Positions 10,016-18,748 of a stretch of DNA of 64,000 nucleotides are shown here, in pieces (within the stretch, counting starts at the first letter, position 1; each line of letters opens with the position of its first letter). Source of the DNA: Escherichia phage vB_EcoM_CUA3; the sequence record PP410321. One strand, written 5' to 3'. Under the pieces are notes generated by a model. It was not told where the DNA came from. It saw only the letters and a list, made by a program, of their open reading frames with translations, and did no database searches. The position numbers and the translations under genes are program-made.

Positions 10016-10308
10016 GCCAATTTTACTCGCTTAACATATAAAGTGTCTAAAATCAATTTTAATTCTCGGGCCCGCTCTTTGGTAGGAAAAACTGTTTTGG
10101 TTTCCCACTTATCAAACCACCATTTTCTTGGTGTGCACACCGTTTCAAGGCGTCCAAGCCGAAGATATCTTTTTGTTGCTATCTCATAGGCCTCTAAAGC
10201 AGTGTCGGCACCGACCTTTGTCGAATACAAAGTCACTTCACCTGCATCTTCTAATGGGATTTCATACCCGTCCTTATCTTTATGGACCAATACGTATGCA
10301 TAGTACAT
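10012..10308 (-). CDS. hypothetical protein (dda.1 position)
   Basis: 98-aa ORF from the internal ATG with GAGGT SD; the track start is GTG one codon upstream. Confidence 0.45.
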   Translation of the reverse strand: MYYAYVLVHKDKDGYEIPLEDAGEVTLYSTKVGADTALEAYEIATKRYLRLGRLETVCTPRKWWFDKWETKTVFPTKERARELKLILDTLYVKRVKLA

Positions 10309-10312
10309 CACG

Positions 10313-11062
10313 TTAACCTCTAATCAGTGAAAAAATTGAAGCATTCAATGGAAGACCTTTTTTCAATTTCAATTTGTCAATAAAAGAAAGGTGTTCTAAA
10401 CGCTCCAGACCTTGAATGATTTTATCATACATATCGTAACGCATTTCTGCTTCAGATGATTTCATCTTAACACGCCAATCAGGTCCGCCCAATACAGATT
10501 TAAGGCCCTTTTCCATCTGGCCGATAGAGGCATTGGAACCATGGATACGAGCCTTGATAGCAATAACAGAAGGAGATTTATCGGTAGCTCCTGATTTAAT
10601 AAGGGCTTTAAGATGTTTTTCGCGTTTCTTTAGACCTTTTTGGGTATCTTTTATATTTTTAACGATTTTACGAATTTTATAATAATCGTCAGGAGTAACT
10701 TTAAAACTATTTGGCATTTTGGAACCGCCTGAAATACGAACCGCTAAACGGGTCTGAGCACGTTTCAGTTCATCAAGGGATAAATCCGCGCGTAAGCTGT
10801 TATACTTAACTTTAACTGGGATTACATTACCCTCGATATAACCGATATCGTTGTTAAAACGTTCAAACGAAATCTTATCATTAACTGAATTCTCATCAAA
10901 GTGCTCGCCTGAATATGCACACACTTTTTGTTCAAGAAGTCTACGAACGTACTTGCTAGATAGATTAAAGTCCTTACCACGTTTTTTGGCAGAGGCTTTG
11001 GTGTGTTCGCGACGTTTGTAAACCTTTGCNGCAAATTCATCGTTAGTTTTAATAGTAGGCAT
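10313..11062 (-). CDS. hypothetical protein in srd position
   Basis: 249-aa ORF; position and size match T4 srd; a weak degenerate HNH-like segment (CAYSGEHFD...NVIPV) was noted but not accepted. Confidence 0.4.
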   Translation of the reverse strand: MPTIKTNDEFXAKVYKRREHTKASAKKRGKDFNLSSKYVRRLLEQKVCAYSGEHFDENSVNDKISFERFNNDIGYIEGNVIPVKVKYNSLRADLSLDELKRAQTRLAVRISGGSKMPNSFKVTPDDYYKIRKIVKNIKDTQKGLKKREKHLKALIKSGATDKSPSVIAIKARIHGSNASIGQMEKGLKSVLGGPDWRVKMKSSEAEMRYDMYDKIIQGLERLEHLSFIDKLKLKKGLPLNASIFSLIRG

Positions 11063-11101
11063 AATATTTTCTCATCTTACAGACGATTAGTTGATAGGTC
11101 T

Positions 11102-11130
11102 ATAGTATCATGTGGCTCGATAAAGTAAAC
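11102..11130 (-). promoter_or_regulatory. early-type promoter
   Basis: minus-sense GTTTAC, 17 nt, (TGa)TACTAT, then AGACCTATCAAC. Confidence 0.6.
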
Positions 11131-11199
11131 ACTTTTTTGCTTTAAATTTTCGACGGTATAATGAATCAAGGACTTTGCCTTTCAATTAAACCGGGTGGT

Positions 11200-11814
11200 T
11201 CAGTAAGAAAGAACTGAAAGATTCCAAATGGTGTAATTATTCCATTTAGGATTTCTCTCAATAGAGTCTACGCGTAGCGTAGTTCCCGCAGGGAACATCA
11301 TCTCATCTTCATCATTAATTAATTGTAAGTTTGCTACACGGGTAGATTCAGGAAATGCGCCTGGGAACTCTTCAGGGGGCGCAGCACATAACATTTTAAA
11401 GATTTCTTCCTGATAATTGTACACAAATGGTGCATCATTAATACAAAAGATATTAAATGTGCCGTAGAAGTTATAAGATGCAAAATTCCTTGCCACGTTG
11501 AAGTCTTTAGAGAAGCTCATCACGCGGTCGAATTCAATTACCGCACCCACACACATTGTGGACTCTAGATACTTTAGGGTCTTTTTAGATATACCGCGAT
11601 AGAGCTTATCAGGCACTACAGAAGTCAGATTCTTACGAATGATTTTGTTCAAAGTTTCTTGGATAGAATCCGGTTTATTTTCCATACACTGCCAGAGCGT
11701 GCTCTGTTCTAAATCGGAATACACCTCATCAATTTCTATCTGAGTATTCTCACGGAAATCCTCGCATTTGGCATTGTCGATAAATTCTGCTAATTTATGG
11801 CTTGGGTATAACAT
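11200..11814 (-). CDS. modB: ADP-ribosyltransferase (ModB-like, R-S-E class)
   Basis: 204-aa ORF; LYRGIS (Arg), SFS (Ser-x-Ser) and acidic EDE motif in ART order; paralog of the adjacent ORF; T4 order dda-srd-modB-modA. Confidence 0.65.
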   Translation of the reverse strand: MLYPSHKLAEFIDNAKCEDFRENTQIEIDEVYSDLEQSTLWQCMENKPDSIQETLNKIIRKNLTSVVPDKLYRGISKKTLKYLESTMCVGAVIEFDRVMSFSKDFNVARNFASYNFYGTFNIFCINDAPFVYNYQEEIFKMLCAAPPEEFPGAFPESTRVANLQLINDEDEMMFPAGTTLRVDSIERNPKWNNYTIWNLSVLSY

Positions 11815-11868
11815 ATTATTCTCCTCAGTTGACAGAAAGATAGTAACATAAGCATCCTTGCCTGTAAA

Positions 11869-12438
11869 CTAAAAATCCAACATTTTTAAATGAATTGTTT
11901 TGTACTCGATTTCGTATGGGTCCCTTTTGATAGTTTCGATTTCCACAATCTCGAACCGTGATAGACTGGAGACCATAAACTCACATTCAGTTTCAACCAT
12001 ATCATAAAGGTCTATGCGAGTTTCATCTATTTCAAGTTCATCTACGTTCCCTGCAAGAACAAGGTCAATAGCGTGGTTGTAGTAGTCGAAAATGAAGGGC
12101 GCATTCCTGAGACTTAAAATGGTTTTTGTTCCATATTCCCATGCCCCTGCAAACTGACGAGCCTGAGAGTATTGTGTACTAAAAGAAGTAACCCGGCCAG
12201 GAGACCACTGACACCCTACAGAAAGAACTTCAAGTTGCTCAAGTTCTCTGGGGGTAATCCCACGATAAAGCTCTACCGGAACCACTGAAGTAACATGCTT
12301 ACGAACCAGTTTGTCAAGGTCGTAATGGAAGTTAGGGTCTTTTTTGGCGTCCAGACATTTCTCTAACAATGCCTGTTCAGATTTTGAAAATTTGGAATTG
12401 ATTCGGTCTTGATAAAGACATTTTTGTTCGATGTTCAT
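11869..12438 (-). CDS. modA: ADP-ribosyltransferase (ModA-like, R-S-E class)
   Basis: 189-aa ORF; VTSVVPVELYRGIT and SFSTQ motifs; N-terminal half paralogous to 11200..11814. Confidence 0.65.
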   Translation of the reverse strand: MNIEQKCLYQDRINSKFSKSEQALLEKCLDAKKDPNFHYDLDKLVRKHVTSVVPVELYRGITPRELEQLEVLSVGCQWSPGRVTSFSTQYSQARQFAGAWEYGTKTILSLRNAPFIFDYYNHAIDLVLAGNVDELEIDETRIDLYDMVETECEFMVSSLSRFEIVEIETIKRDPYEIEYKTIHLKMLDF

Positions 12439-12462
12439 ATGACCTCCGGTGATTTAGAGGTC

Positions 12463-12490
12463 ATTATAACATGAAGGGAAGGGATGTAAA
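12463..12490 (-). promoter_or_regulatory. promoter with extended -10 upstream of modA-like gene
   Basis: minus-sense TTTACA, 16 nt, TGtTATAAT; downstream inverted repeat GACCTC/GAGGTC covers the GGAGG SD. Confidence 0.5.
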
Positions 12491-12493
12491 ACT

Positions 12494-12682
12494 TTATTTT
12501 ACCCAAGGAGCCCAGGGTGGAGGGTCTAAGTAATAAGAAGCGAGGTCATTAAGAACGTCTTTAGGCAACTTAAAGCCGTGCTTCTGTATAATCATATCAA
12601 GTTCATTGACAAGGTCAATAGGCGGCTCCTGAGTTGTTTCAGGNNNNNNNNNNNNNNNNNCGAACATATCAAATAAGTCCAT
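12494..12682 (-). CDS. hypothetical protein (partly N-masked)
   Basis: 62-aa ORF, codon-coupled to the neighbouring gene. Confidence 0.3.
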   Translation of the reverse strand: MDLFDMFXXXXXXPETTQEPPIDLVNELDMIIQKHGFKLPKDVLNDLASYYLDPPPWAPWVK

Positions 12683-13173
12683 TAGTAACCACCGATAGGA
12701 CCGTAACCGTACATACGAGCCCGTAACTTAGCATCACGAATAGCTTCTTCGGTCGGGGTAAAGCGCAGGCCTATATCAAAGTGTTTCCAAATCTGACATT
12801 CTACTTCTATAAGGTCTTCGACGGTAGAAATCAGATAAGTACGACCTTTAAGACGTTCATTGGACATTCTATCAGTGTCTTTATAGAAAATATCCGTTGT
12901 TCCTTCAGCATACGGGTCCGCCGGATAACGATAGCCTTTGATATGCAAGGCTTGAGCCACACTAAAAGGGCATCCCTCAGCAACATCAACGTTTTGATTA
13001 TGGCGTACTTTCATCATAACATTTTCAGGAAGATTGATATCTTTTAAGCGCGATTCTAACTGGGTGATAGAATTCATGCCATTGTCAACAAGGATAAGAG
13101 CCGCCGTGGCATCATAAGGACGCGTTTGGCCGGATGAATCACGCACATGGAATTCGAGTTCATAGACTTTCAT
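12682..13173 (-). CDS. hypothetical protein
   Basis: 163-aa ORF; ATG with AGAGGAAAA SD. Confidence 0.45.
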   Translation of the reverse strand: MKVYELEFHVRDSSGQTRPYDATAALILVDNGMNSITQLESRLKDINLPENVMMKVRHNQNVDVAEGCPFSVAQALHIKGYRYPADPYAEGTTDIFYKDTDRMSNERLKGRTYLISTVEDLIEVECQIWKHFDIGLRFTPTEEAIRDAKLRARMYGYGPIGGY

Positions 13174-13327
13174 TATGTTTTCCTCTTTTTAGTTTACCTA
13201 CTAAAGGGCCATCCGGAATTTTATTTTCCTGGATGTATTTCTCGTTTTCTTCCATCATTTTACTACCAATTTTAAGAAGCAAATCCATTGCCTCTTTAGT
13301 ACGTGCTTCAGCTTCTTCAATAGTCAT
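13174..13327 (-). CDS. hypothetical small protein
   Basis: 51-aa ORF below the track cutoff; ATGA overlap with upstream gene stop; GGGGA SD. Confidence 0.3.
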
Positions 13328-13524
13328 GATTTATCCCCATAGATATCACGCATAATCCTAAGGGCCTCGCGTTCTAATTTCTTTTCACGCTCTTCACGGA
13401 TACCTTTAAGAATCCATTCCTCAGATTCATGTTTCATTTCTGCGTTAGCTTGGTCTAACCAACCGTCATCAAGATAATCGCCAGGACGGTCTAGCCAATC
13501 TTTAAGCCATGATAAAGGTTTCAT
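13324..13524 (-). CDS. hypothetical small acidic protein
   Basis: 66-aa ORF with coupled start. Confidence 0.35.
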   Translation of the reverse strand: MKPLSWLKDWLDRPGDYLDDGWLDQANAEMKHESEEWILKGIREEREKKLEREALRIMRDIYGDKS

Positions 13525-13837
13525 TAATCACACGAGCCTGACGAAGAGTCACAGCTTCCTGAGTNNNNATAAGACGAATCACCGGTCCAAGAACTAACGG
13601 CGGCAGCCACTGCAATAGGAGTGGTATCAATATNNNNNNNNNNNNNNNNNNNNNNNNNNNNNNNNNNNNNNNNNNNNNNNNNNNNNNNNNNNNNNNNNNN
13701 NACATTACCTGCTTTTTCAGGCTGTCGGATAACTTCTTCCATCATACCATCGCCCACATAAACATATTCCTTNNNNNNNNNNNNNNNNNNNNNNNNNNNN
13801 NNNNNNNNNNNNTTGAAAAAATTCTTAAGCCACTGAA

Positions 13838-14047
13838 TCATAGGAAACCTCTTTTAAATTCAACTTTATCAATATCATCAGTCTCGTGACGGATTTCGGC
13901 ATTAAATTCGATAGAGCCGTCTTCATGCATCATAAATGAATGGACAATAACTTCAGTATACCAAGGAGTATAGAAGTACTTTTTCAATACGTGATTAGCG
14001 ATAATTTCATCCAAAGTTTTATTTGGTTTAATCCAACGGTTTAACAT
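13838..14047 (-). CDS. hypothetical protein
   Basis: 69-aa ORF; ATG with GAGGAG SD; promoter cassette upstream. Confidence 0.4.
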   Translation of the reverse strand: MLNRWIKPNKTLDEIIANHVLKKYFYTPWYTEVIVHSFMMHEDGSIEFNAEIRHETDDIDKVEFKRGFL

Positions 14048-14073
14048 AGTGTTCTCCTCTATAAGATACGTCT

Positions 14074-14103
14074 ATCTTAACATGGTCTACTCGTAAAGTA
14101 AAC
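14074..14103 (-). promoter_or_regulatory. early-type promoter
   Basis: minus-sense GTTTAC, 18 nt, TGtTAAGAT; inverted repeat TAAGATA/TATCTTA overlaps the -10. Confidence 0.5.
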
Positions 14104-14104
14104 T

Positions 14105-14137
14105 ACTAAAACGAAAAAAGGAACCCGAAGGTTCCTT
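14105..14137 (-). terminator. rho-independent terminator (minus strand)
   Basis: 8-bp stem AAGGAACC/GGTTCCTT with UUCG loop on minus-sense RNA, then TTTTTCGTTTT. Confidence 0.6.
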
Positions 14138-14724
14138 ATAATTAANCNNNNNNNNNNNNNNNNNNNNNNNNNNNNNNNNNNNNNNNNNNNNNNNNNNNNN
14201 NNNNNNNNNNNNNNNNNNNNNNNNNNNNNNNNNNNNNNNNNNNNNNNNNNNNNNNNNNNNNNNNNNNNNNNNNNNNNNNNNNNNNNNNNNNNNNNNNNNN
14301 NNNNNNNNNNNNNNNNNNNNNNNNNNNNNNNNNNNNNNNNNNNNNNNNNNNNNNNNNNNNNNNNNNNNNNNNNNNNNNNNNNNNNNNNNNNNNNNNNNNN
14401 NNNNNNNNNNNNNNNNNNNNNNNNNNNNNNNNNNNNNNNNNNNNNNNNNNNNNNNNNNNNNNNNNNNNNNNNNNNNNNNNNNNNNNNNNNNNNNNNNNNN
14501 NNNNNNNNNNNNNNNNNNNNNNNNNNNNNNNNNNNNNNNNNNNNNNNNNNNNNNNNNNNNNNNNNNNNNNNNNNNNNNNNNNNNNNNNNNNNNNNNNNNN
14601 NNNNNNNNNNNNNNNNNNNNNNNNNNNNNNNNNNNNNNNNNNNNNNNNNNNNNNNNNNNNNNNNNNNNNNNNNNNNNNNNNNNNNNNNNNNNNNNNNNNN
14701 NNNNNNNNNNNNNNNNNNNNNNNA

Positions 14725-15246
14725 TTAATAACCTCGGTCCTGACGTGCAAAGTTCTCGGCATTTTTCAGGTAATACAGCTTAAAGATTTCTTCAGCAGTC
14801 AGACCAAGACCCTGGAACATATTCAGAACAAAGTGCAGAATATCAATCATTTCGAATTTAATTTCGAGCTGGTCTTCAGGAGACANNNNNNNNNNNNNNN
14901 NNNNNNNNNNNNNNNNNNNNNNNNNNNNNNNNNNNNNNNNNNNNNNNNNTGCATCTTTCTCACCGTTGCTCATACCACCAAGAGATGTCAGAAGTTCACG
15001 GAATTCGTCATCAATATAATCTTTCTGGTTGCGAAGCCAGTCGACAACTTGACCTGCAGTAGCTAATTCATCCGGATTAGCATTAAACTCTGATTTTTCA
15101 GTAGCCAGACGAACCTGTAATGATTTCTGCATATCAAGCATAACCTGCAGAGGGTCTTTATCTTCGTGAATCAGAGCATTAAAATAAGCTTCTTCAGCTT
15201 TATCAGCACCAGCAATCAGTTGAGAACATTCATTAAAATGAGCCAT
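14725..15246 (-). CDS. 56: dCTP pyrophosphatase (dCTPase, MazG-like all-alpha NTP-PPase)
   Basis: about 173 aa from MAHFNE; EIKFEMIDILHF-type helix; position next to primase as in T4; part of the interior N-masked. Confidence 0.75.
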   Translation of the reverse strand: MAHFNECSQLIAGADKAEEAYFNALIHEDKDPLQVMLDMQKSLQVRLATEKSEFNANPDELATAGQVVDWLRNQKDYIDDEFRELLTSLGGMSNGEKDAXXXXXXXXXXXXXXXXXXXXXXSPEDQLEIKFEMIDILHFVLNMFQGLGLTAEEIFKLYYLKNAENFARQDRGY

Positions 15247-15287
15247 TATNTTTTTCCTTNTCAATTCATTNNTTAGTAAGTTAGATA

Positions 15288-15310
15288 ATTATAAACTGTT
15301 AGATTAAAGC
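15288..15310 (-). promoter_or_regulatory. middle-type (MotA-box-like) promoter for gene 56
   Basis: minus-sense GCTTTA, 11 nt, TATAAT, located about 35 nt upstream of the gene 56 ATG. Confidence 0.45.
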
Positions 15311-15340
15311 GAATAAATATTAATTTAACAGGAGGATAAC

Positions 15341-15541
15341 ATGGGTAGTATTTTTTATCAAATCTGGAAATTGGCAGAAAAGAAAGACAAGAAAATGATG
15401 TTAGGTTTTCTTGCGCTAGACGTATTCCTTTGGAATCTTTTAGTAGTCCCTGTAGCCGCTAGCCAAGGGGTAATTTTACCAGCGGTTACAATGGAACATG
15501 TAATGAGCATTATAGGATTCTTTACCGGAATCCCTGCTTAA
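15341..15541 (+). CDS. hypothetical small hydrophobic protein on the plus strand
   Basis: 66-aa ORF with strong AGGAGG SD 5 nt upstream of ATG; hydrophobic; late-promoter-like AATAAATA about 22 nt upstream; sits in the divergent gap between 56 and 61. Confidence 0.35.
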   Translation: MGSIFYQIWKLAEKKDKKMMLGFLALDVFLWNLLVVPVAASQGVILPAVTMEHVMSIIGFFTGIPA

Positions 15542-16566
15542 ATCTTGGAATATTTTGAAAGTCTCATTTTTGCCATTAAACCTTGGGCTATATTAGCTTT
15601 CATATATGCCAATATATCATTTATATCAGCTTTATCTTTCATAACCATATCATTTATATCTTTAGAAGGCCATGGAGCCTTGTCCCAGAATAGAACCCTT
15701 TCGCCGGCATCAACTAGGCGTTGCATACGCTTAATTGTGTCAGGATGACGGGGTTCATTATCCATTACCCACGCTCTTGTTTCTTTACATGGAACTACTG
15801 ATAAGTCTAATGACCCGCCAGTAATTGCTATGGCATTAGGAACAAATAAAGAATCAATAGGCCCTTCCATAACCCATACCAATTGACGTTCGTCAACCGT
15901 ATCCATTCCATATATTTTTGTAGCTTGGTCATGAGCTTTTATTGTAATATATTTTTGTGGAGCATCTTTACGTAAGGCGCGACCCTGGAAACTTTCTATT
16001 TGTTTATCCTTATTGAAAATAGGAATAACCAAACGTGGTTCAGGCATTTCTTTAGAATAGGTTCCTGGATTCACTGAGTTAACCAATGCCGGCCATTCTT
16101 TAGTAAACCATAGTCGATTCCACTTGTTTTCAGGAATGCAACGCAACGTTACATATTTGATAATAGGATGGTCTTTCGGCATTCTATCTAATCGTTCACA
16201 GAAATTAAGCTTTTCGATGACCGGCATCTTAGCTTTAATTTTTTCAGATATCTCCACCTTAGGTGCAGCTTGTCTCCCGAACGATTGCTCTTTATGTTTC
16301 TCAAGAATATATTCCCGATATAAATCAGGCTCATATTCGTATAGATATTTCTTAATTCCTGCTGAATAGTCGCAGTTAAAACAATGCAACATAATGGAAC
16401 CATCATTGGCCGGATAAGCCCAAAAACGAGCTTTGTTCTCATCTTTTTGTGAGTCACCGCACACACGGCAACGACAGTTTAATTTAAAATCACTACCGGT
16501 TACTTGTCTGAATTTAGGTTGGTAATTCAAGGCACGTACAGCAAATTCTTTATCGACATATGACAT
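15538..16566 (-). CDS. 61: DNA primase
   Basis: 342-aa ORF; N-terminal zinc ribbon CRCRVCGDS...CFNC and TOPRIM-like region; length as T4 gp61. Confidence 0.9.
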   Translation of the reverse strand: MSYVDKEFAVRALNYQPKFRQVTGSDFKLNCRCRVCGDSQKDENKARFWAYPANDGSIMLHCFNCDYSAGIKKYLYEYEPDLYREYILEKHKEQSFGRQAAPKVEISEKIKAKMPVIEKLNFCERLDRMPKDHPIIKYVTLRCIPENKWNRLWFTKEWPALVNSVNPGTYSKEMPEPRLVIPIFNKDKQIESFQGRALRKDAPQKYITIKAHDQATKIYGMDTVDERQLVWVMEGPIDSLFVPNAIAITGGSLDLSVVPCKETRAWVMDNEPRHPDTIKRMQRLVDAGERVLFWDKAPWPSKDINDMVMKDKADINDILAYMKANIAQGLMAKMRLSKYSKI

Positions 16567-16604
16567 TATTTTTCCTTGGGCTCTAAATTAATAGAGCCAT
16601 TATA

Positions 16605-16766
16605 TCATTCGTTTTCGGATTTTTCTTTACGCTTTTTAGATGGGATTTGTTCAGGCCCTTTGTTGACGACTGCGCCTGAGGTAGTTCCGGAGGCAATATT
16701 AGATGGATTTCCACCTGCATCACCTGCGACCATATCTTCGTTCATAACTTCTTTAAAAGATTTCAT
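16605..16766 (-). CDS. hypothetical small protein with late-type promoter
   Basis: 53-aa ORF below the track cutoff (MKSFKEVMNED...); exact TATAAATA on the minus strand at 16788-16795, about 22 nt upstream of ATG. Confidence 0.35.
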   Translation of the reverse strand: MKSFKEVMNEDMVAGDAGGNPSNIASGTTSGAVVNKGPEQIPSKKRKEKSENE

Positions 16767-16782
16767 AGGCTCCTGGCCTTAT

Positions 16783-16974
16783 TTATATTACGAAAATAGC
16801 TTTATCACCATTCACATCAGTGACTTCATAAGTATCTTCGTGGTACAGTGGAATAATCCAAGTCACACCATCACCAGCGATAACATGGATAGCTTCTTGG
16901 TCTTTTGATACGATTTCATATTCTTCGAATAATTCGAATACAGAAATCTTAGAGCCCGTACACATTGCAGTCAT
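16783..16974 (-). CDS. hypothetical protein
   Basis: 63-aa ORF in the 61.x interval. Confidence 0.35.
   Translation of the reverse strand: MTAMCTGSKISVFELFEEYEIVSKDQEAIHVIAGDGVTWIIPLYHEDTYEVTDVNGDKAIFVI
16788..16795 (-). promoter_or_regulatory. late-type promoter motif (TATAAATA)
   Basis: exact T4 late consensus on the minus strand upstream of the 53-aa ORF. Confidence 0.4.
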
Positions 16975-16975
16975 A

Positions 16976-17458
16976 TCAACCTCGGTTCATAAAGGCATTA
17001 AAAATCTGGTCGTCGATTGAATAAACCGGAGCTTCCAGAATTTTCAACAGGCTGTTTTTGATATACTTGCTAGGGATATCCATATTAACAGCATCATTCA
17101 ATTCATTGTTCGGGTTGATGTCTTTAAATTCGAACCTTTCAAACTCAACCTTGTCGGGAAAGCCATCAGCGAAAAAATAAACCAATTGGTGTATTGTATT
17201 GCATGAGAATAATTTAGACTTCACTGCAATAAGTTCTTGCCAATGGTTTAATTCTTTGTTAAGAAGTTTATGAGCAAACGTAATTCTATTATCACTATCA
17301 ACAAGAAAATAACCCAGGTATTGGNGGTCGTCGCTCCAAAACATCCTGTATGCCTGGGCATTTGGGTTTTTGCAACGGAGTTTTTTGATAATCAAATTTC
17401 TGTTAATCTTATTCACCTGTAACCTCTTTAACGATATTTTTGTTATCGAAATTAGCAT
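16976..17458 (-). CDS. hypothetical protein (start uncertain)
   Basis: track ORF begins with GTG and overlaps sp; internal ATG starts are possible; contains an N. Confidence 0.35.
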   Translation of the reverse strand: MLISITKISLKRLQVNKINRNLIIKKLRCKNPNAQAYRMFWSDDXQYLGYFLVDSDNRITFAHKLLNKELNHWQELIAVKSKLFSCNTIHQLVYFFADGFPDKVEFERFEFKDINPNNELNDAVNMDIPSKYIKNSLLKILEAPVYSIDDQIFNAFMNRG

Positions 17459-17702
17459 CGCAGTACAGAACATAGTTATACTGCATAACACCACTGGAAG
17501 CCAATTGGTCGGATACTTCTTTAACCATATCAGGACGGTCGCGTTTAGTGATGTTCATGATATCAGCATAAATCTGATGTTCAACTGATTCTTGGTCTGC
17601 AGTCATTGACCATTCACAAAGGTCTTTATCCAATCCGGCTGTAACTGGAGCCGTACCACATGATGCTACTGTAAGGATTGCTGCGATTAATAACTTTTTC
17701 AT
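17409..17702 (-). CDS. sp: Spackle periplasmic protein (superinfection exclusion, lysozyme inhibitor)
   Basis: true start MKKLLIAAILTVASCG (signal peptide, lipobox-like VASC); mature region DKDLCEWSMTADQ...VMQYNYVLYCD matches T4 Sp as recalled. Confidence 0.7.
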   Translation of the reverse strand: MKKLLIAAILTVASCGTAPVTAGLDKDLCEWSMTADQESVEHQIYADIMNITKRDRPDMVKEVSDQLASSGVMQYNYVLYCDANFDNKNIVKEVTGE

Positions 17703-17730
17703 TTTTAACTCCTCATTAGTTGATAGGTCT

Positions 17731-17760
17731 ATAGTATCACTACCATAGACCGATGTAAAC
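17731..17760 (-). promoter_or_regulatory. early-type promoter upstream of sp
   Basis: minus-sense GTTTAC, 18 nt, TACTAT, then AGACCTATCAAC; GGTCTAT/ATAGACC inverted repeat. Confidence 0.6.
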
Positions 17761-17761
17761 A

Positions 17762-18001
17762 CTATTTTAAAGAATCTTCTAAATAAATTTTACGGAATTT
17801 ACGTTTCGTCTGACGAATCTGACGTTTAGTAGGCTTCACAGGAAATTCGAAGAACTCTACGTATTCCTGTTCATAATCATTATGACCCACTGAAAGAACC
17901 AGTTCCCAGCTGCTTACGGTGCGTTGGATAAACATATTATGCTTACCAAAAGATTTATTCCAAAAAGAACTAGGAGTTGGCTTCATTAGTACAATATTCA
18001 T
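17762..18001 (-). CDS. hypothetical protein
   Basis: 79-aa ORF, ATG start. Confidence 0.4.
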   Translation of the reverse strand: MNIVLMKPTPSSFWNKSFGKHNMFIQRTVSSWELVLSVGHNDYEQEYVEFFEFPVKPTKRQIRQTKRKFRKIYLEDSLK

Positions 18002-18142
18002 TTATTCCTCGTCTTCATGTTTATGAGCAATTTCTTCGTATTCGCTGTCGCAATCTAAACAGGTCGCGTTATCCCAAACATCAAATACTGCCTGGTCTTC
18101 ATATACCGAACAACCACATACTACACATTCTACTTCTTCCAT
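18002..18142 (-). CDS. small C4 zinc-ribbon protein
   Basis: 46-aa ORF below the track cutoff: MEEVECVVCGCSVYED...CLDCDSEYEE, two Cys pairs, acidic tail. Confidence 0.35.
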   Translation of the reverse strand: MEEVECVVCGCSVYEDQAVFDVWDNATCLDCDSEYEEIAHKHEDEE

Positions 18143-18346
18143 TTAGATTTCCTCAATGCGGGCATCATATTCAAAAACTTTATTGTCATTAACAAAGGCT
18201 TTCACCAGTGCATTATTCACTTCTGCATACTGCACTGTAACCCATTCAATCATTTTTTGGTCACTAACATCCAGCGCAGTTTCTTTGGTAAACATATTAC
18301 CGTTTTCAAACCAACCAATAAATACTACGATCTCTAATTTAAACAT
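18143..18346 (-). CDS. possible Dmd-like antitoxin (by position and size)
   Basis: 67-aa ORF adjacent to gene 41 as T4 dmd; sequence resemblance is recalled only loosely. Confidence 0.35.
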   Translation of the reverse strand: MFKLEIVVFIGWFENGNMFTKETALDVSDQKMIEWVTVQYAEVNNALVKAFVNDNKVFEYDARIEEI

Positions 18347-18664
18347 TTAGATTTCCTCGCAGAAGGCCCATTCAGCATGATAAACCGTAGCGCCTTTAGT
18401 ATCATTTAAACAAACCACATCCACCGGAGCAATTACACGATAAAGACGAGGTTCTCCTCCCACTGAACGAGCAGCTCGTCCAGCATAAATCTTAGCCAAA
18501 CCGATGTCCTCAGTAAAGAATACACGATTCAGGTTTTTCTTACGACCAGTTTCAGACAGAACTCCTGTTTCCTCAGGAGGACAAAGCATATTACCAATAT
18601 TAGCAACACTACAACTTCCGTGATAATACACTTTATATTCTGCTTTACAGTCGATGGTTTCCAT
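18347..18664 (-). CDS. hypothetical protein with Arr-like ADP-ribosyltransferase signature
   Basis: about 105 aa from METID; YYHGSCSVANIGNML resembles the HGT motif region of rifampin ADP-ribosyltransferase Arr (H-Y-E class) as recalled; GGAGAA SD; no T4 counterpart at this position. Confidence 0.4.
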   Translation of the reverse strand: METIDCKAEYKVYYHGSCSVANIGNMLCPPEETGVLSETGRKKNLNRVFFTEDIGLAKIYAGRAARSVGGEPRLYRVIAPVDVVCLNDTKGATVYHAEWAFCEEI

Positions 18665-18688
18665 TTTATTCTCCAAGTTGATAGGTCT

Positions 18689-18717
18689 ATAATAACATAA
18701 CTAAAGGAGAAGTAAAC
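18689..18717 (-). promoter_or_regulatory. early-type promoter
   Basis: minus-sense GTTTAC, 17 nt, TGtTATTAT, then AGACCTATCAAC. Confidence 0.6.
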
Positions 18718-18718
18718 C

Positions 18719-18748
18719 CTTAAAACAAAAAAGGAGCCGAAGCTCCTT
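18719..18748 (-). terminator. rho-independent terminator after gene 41
   Basis: stem AAGGAGC/GCTCCTT with UUCG loop on minus-sense RNA, then TTTTGTTTT; stem overlaps the gene 41 stop codon. Confidence 0.6.

Noticed and set aside
10313-11062. HNH homing endonuclease call for the 249-aa ORF
   Set aside because: Only a degenerate resemblance (CAYSGEHFD...NVIPV) without the catalytic His/Asn pattern; kept as hypothetical in the srd position
14142-14762. Track ORFs made almost entirely of X (e.g. 14142..14762, 58339..59490 plus strand, 58742..59587, 48506..48802, 41634..42329)
   Set aside because: They are read through N-masked sequence and are artefacts of the masking; no call is possible
16581-16600. 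Inverted repeat GGCTCTA/TAGAGCC upstream of primase as a terminator
   Set aside because: No U-tract follows and the SD lies outside the stem; function unclear
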